Made by a program: the position numbers and the translations under genes. A DNA stretch of 64,000 nt from NCBI GenBank assembly GCA_050239825.1, contig JBFXGO010000001.1, positions 78,258-142,257 of the forward strand. The letters run 5' to 3'. Position 1 is the stretch's first letter. The number at the start of each line of letters is the position of its first letter. The notes under the pieces are model-generated. The model did no database searches. It saw only the letters and a program-made list of their open reading frames with translations, and had not been told where the DNA came from. Below are positions 61,811 through 64,000 of this stretch, in pieces. Source of the stretch: a bacterium. GTDB lineage: Bacteria; Hydrothermota; 32-111.

Positions 61811-62330
61811 GAGACTTGTCAAGGAAGTTGTGTAAAGAGGGATTAGTATTCATAAGGGAGTTCTCCAAAGAGATTAACGAAAGATTGGCGGAGGTAATAT
61901 AATTTAGCAATGATTTTAGGGTAACCTTTTTTCCATAAACATCTTTTCTGCCGTTGAAGTCCATACCAATTGCCGTAAAAGTGCTTGTATTTTTTACTTC
62001 TCCGTCATATCCCACAGGTGATTCATAAGCGTCTATATAGAGTGCTATAAGATCGTGGGGTATCGGCCGCTTATTCTATATATCTATCCGCTCATCAATG
62101 TCTCTCTTGTATCTATCCGGCAAAACCTGCGAACGAAACTCTCCTGTCCGAGTTCTCGGAGATGACAATGAAAGTTTTTATAGAGGTGTTCCAAGTCCCC
62201 GTTCAATATATCCATTAGCATAATCATCATTACTTGACAGATATATCTCTCGCTCACTCTTCATTATTCGGTTCAATATCTCCTCCAATAACAAGCGCAA
62301 AGAACTGTTGCTTAATTCATTAATGTCAGA
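61811..62330 (-). mobile_element. Decayed, internally deleted IS256-family element
   Basis: One minus-strand frame gives LLEEILNRIMKSEREIYL...ANGYIERGLGTPL*KLSLSSPRTRTGEFRSQVLP...*...LYIDAY...TAIGMDFNGRKDVYG. Terminal TTTACACAACTTCCTTGACAAGTCTC (61836-61811) resembles IS256 right ends. Confidence 0.82.
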
Positions 62331-62351
62331 TATTTGTCAGGGATGGGAGAA

Positions 62352-62406
62352 AGCCGTGAGCCGTGTGCCTTGAGCTTGGGGACATGTACTTGTACTGTCC
62401 CCACAA
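62352..62406 (-). repeat. Orphan inverted copy of two array modules (GGGGACA hairpin plus heptamer tract)
   Basis: Reverse complement TTGTGGGGACA-gtacaagtac-ATGTCCCCAA-GCTCAAG GCACACG GCTCACG; compare 20988 TTGTGGGGACA-caccgaagga-ATGTCCCCAA and the tract at 20361. Confidence 0.8.
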
Positions 62407-62424
62407 TCAAGAACCAATACATAA

Positions 62425-62613
62425 TATGGAATACAAACAAGAGAAGCAACATTAACAGTTTACGATATATCAGGCAGGGAGTTAATCAGAGAGGAATCAG
62501 AGACAGCAGGTGAACATAAGACCAACATCAGACACTTAAAGAACGGGATATACTTTATAAAACTCAGTACCGGTAACCAATCAATCACAGAGAAGATGGT
62601 AAAGATAAGATAG
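62425..62613 (+). pseudogene. Orphan T9SS type A-like C-terminal sorting domain
   Basis: YGIQTREATLTVYDISGRELI...LKNGIYFIKLSTGNQSITEKMVKIR*; in-frame stop just upstream and no start codon. Confidence 0.8.
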
Positions 62614-62661
62614 CTAAACCTTCAATAAAACAGACTTCTCGTTCAAATTTTTGATTTCTTC

Positions 62662-62689
62662 TTGACAATCCCGATTATAATGTTATAAT
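62662..62689 (+). promoter_or_regulatory. Sigma70 promoter of tRNA-Val
   Basis: TTGACA-N16-TATAAT with extended -10 TG. Confidence 0.7.
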
Positions 62690-62716
62690 AAAAAACTATG
62701 AAAAATCAAAAAAATC

Positions 62717-62793
62717 GGGCGAATGGCTCAGTTGGTCAGAGCGCCGGTCTCACATACCGGAGATCACAGGTTCAACTCCTGTTTCGCCCACCA
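62717..62793 (+). tRNA. tRNA-Val(CAC)
   Basis: GGGCGAATGGCTCAGTTGGTCAGAGCG CCGGT CTCACAT ACCGG...GGTTCAACTCC TGTTTCGCCCACCA. Confidence 0.93.
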
Positions 62794-62843
62794 TTAACGG
62801 GGAAGAGATGAACGTCAGAAAAAATTTCAATGACGGAAATAAC

Positions 62844-62878
62844 AGAGGGTGTACCGAAGGGTGCACCCTCTTTGTTTT
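62844..62878 (+). terminator. Terminator-like hairpin after tRNA-Val
   Basis: AGAGGGTGTACC-GAAG-GGTGCACCCTCT followed by TTGTTTT. Confidence 0.7.
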
Positions 62879-62889
62879 AAGGAGGAATT

Positions 62890-63615
62890 ATGCTTGATGA
62901 AGTTATGGAACTCTTGTATGAACTTGCGAAAAAGGACAATGAGATAGCGGGAATCAAGAGAAAAATGGGGGACGAACCGTTGAAGAGAAAGCAGTTTCAG
63001 GTACAGCTTGAAGAGACTGAGAAGAATTTTGCCTCTGTGAGAGACAAACGGGACGAAAATGAAAAGAACAACAAACTCATGGAAGAGGAGATAAATACTT
63101 TAAAAGAAAAGATGCGCTCCGACAAACAGTATCTGTCGACCGTAAAATCCAATGAAGAGTATATGATGATTCTTGAGGGCTTGAAGCACAAGCAGGACAA
63201 GATAAATGAGAATGAGAATGCACTCCTGAAAAATCTCACTGAAAATGAAAAATATGAAGAGATAATGAAGAAATATGAAGGCGACTCCAGCAAGGCTAAT
63301 CAACTGAGAGGAGAGATAGCAAAGATAAACGAAAATCTGAAGCTTTACGAACAGGAACTGCTTGTGAAAAATGACGAAAGGATGAAAATTATAAGACGCC
63401 TGCCTGATGATCTGAGCAAAAAGTATCAAAGGATCTTTGAAAAGAGAAGGGGAGTAGGGATAGTGATAATCGAAACACCCCACTGTCAGGGATGTTATGC
63501 CGAAATACCTGCCCAACTCTACGACAAGGTAAGGTCTATGAAGAGCGTCGAGTTCTGTCTCAGCTGCGGAAGGATGCTTCTTCACAAAAAAGATGAAGGC
63601 AGTTCTAAAGTTTGA
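62890..63615 (+). CDS. Coiled-coil protein with C4-type zinc ribbon
   Basis: Long coiled coil, then CQGC...CLSCGRML. Confidence 0.9.
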   Translation: MLDEVMELLYELAKKDNEIAGIKRKMGDEPLKRKQFQVQLEETEKNFASVRDKRDENEKNNKLMEEEINTLKEKMRSDKQYLSTVKSNEEYMMILEGLKHKQDKINENENALLKNLTENEKYEEIMKKYEGDSSKANQLRGEIAKINENLKLYEQELLVKNDERMKIIRRLPDDLSKKYQRIFEKRRGVGIVIIETPHCQGCYAEIPAQLYDKVRSMKSVEFCLSCGRMLLHKKDEGSSKV

Positions 63616-64000
63616 CGGAGGTTCCCGGGGCAATCCCGGACCGTCTGCCTGCGCATACCTTATTGAATGCGACGGCAAAATTCTGATTGACGGAGATTCT
63701 CTTGGAAATGCTACAAACAATTATGCCGAATGGATGGGTCTTGTAAATGGGCTCAAAACTCTAATGAGAAGAGTTGATCCTGATAAGACGGATTTAGAGA
63801 TCTTTGCAGACAGCGAACTGGTTGTAAAACAGATTACAGGAGAATACAAAACAAAGAATGCAAATCTCGCGCCTCTTAGAATGATGGCGATGAGAATTCT
63901 CTCCGATTTCAAATCATACAAAATTTCTCATGTAAAAAGAGAATTCAATAAAGAGTGCGACACTAAGGTAAATGAAATACTTAATCATTTAAAACAATAA
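63593..64000 (+). CDS. rnhA: Ribonuclease HI
   Basis: FDGGSRGNPGP, TNNYAE, DSELVVKQ, HVKREFNKECD. Confidence 0.92.
   Translation: MKAVLKFDGGSRGNPGPSACAYLIECDGKILIDGDSLGNATNNYAEWMGLVNGLKTLMRRVDPDKTDLEIFADSELVVKQITGEYKTKNANLAPLRMMAMRILSDFKSYKISHVKREFNKECDTKVNEILNHLKQ

Noticed and set aside
61794..62015. Functional transposase that could mobilise the repeat arrays
   Set aside because: It is a fragment with in-frame stops and large deletions, and the arrays lack its terminal sequence.

Overview
AT-rich bacterial chromosome window with almost all genes on the + strand. The gene content (T9SS-type C-terminal sorting domains, PorV/PorQ, TonB-dependent receptor, LptE, bS22) suggests a diderm FCB-associated lineage such as a WOR-3/TA06-like candidate phylum; this taxonomy is inference only. 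Housekeeping blocks: pyrK-pyrD-pyrF-pyrE-yebC-ruvCAB-queA-tgt; mnmA; gcvT-gcvH-gcvPA; cobO-meaB-mutase B12 subunit-acyl-CoA dehydrogenase; class V aminotransferase-serA; zinc ribbon-rnhA; four tRNAs. Accessory content: two STAND-type NTPase-TPR proteins (one with sAC-like cyclase domains), an EamA pseudogene, a TBDR/CTD-cargo/PorV cluster followed by glycosyltransferases, four tandem lipoproteins, and a secreted-protein gene destroyed by a decayed IS256. The most unusual feature is two non-coding arrays (about 20085-21115 and 52197-54500) built from a shared set of hairpin modules. They contain nine co-oriented copies of an exactly 99-nt stem-loop, alternative cassettes bounded by CATTG...ACTGWAAA, compensatory base changes and chimeric alleles. 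There is no cas gene and no intact transposase gene in the window. Also notable are a tRNA-Leu with the rare AAG anticodon and dense D-(S/T)-hydrophobic motifs in the surface proteins next to a TMTC-like transferase. All structures and counts were read by eye; no database searches were run.
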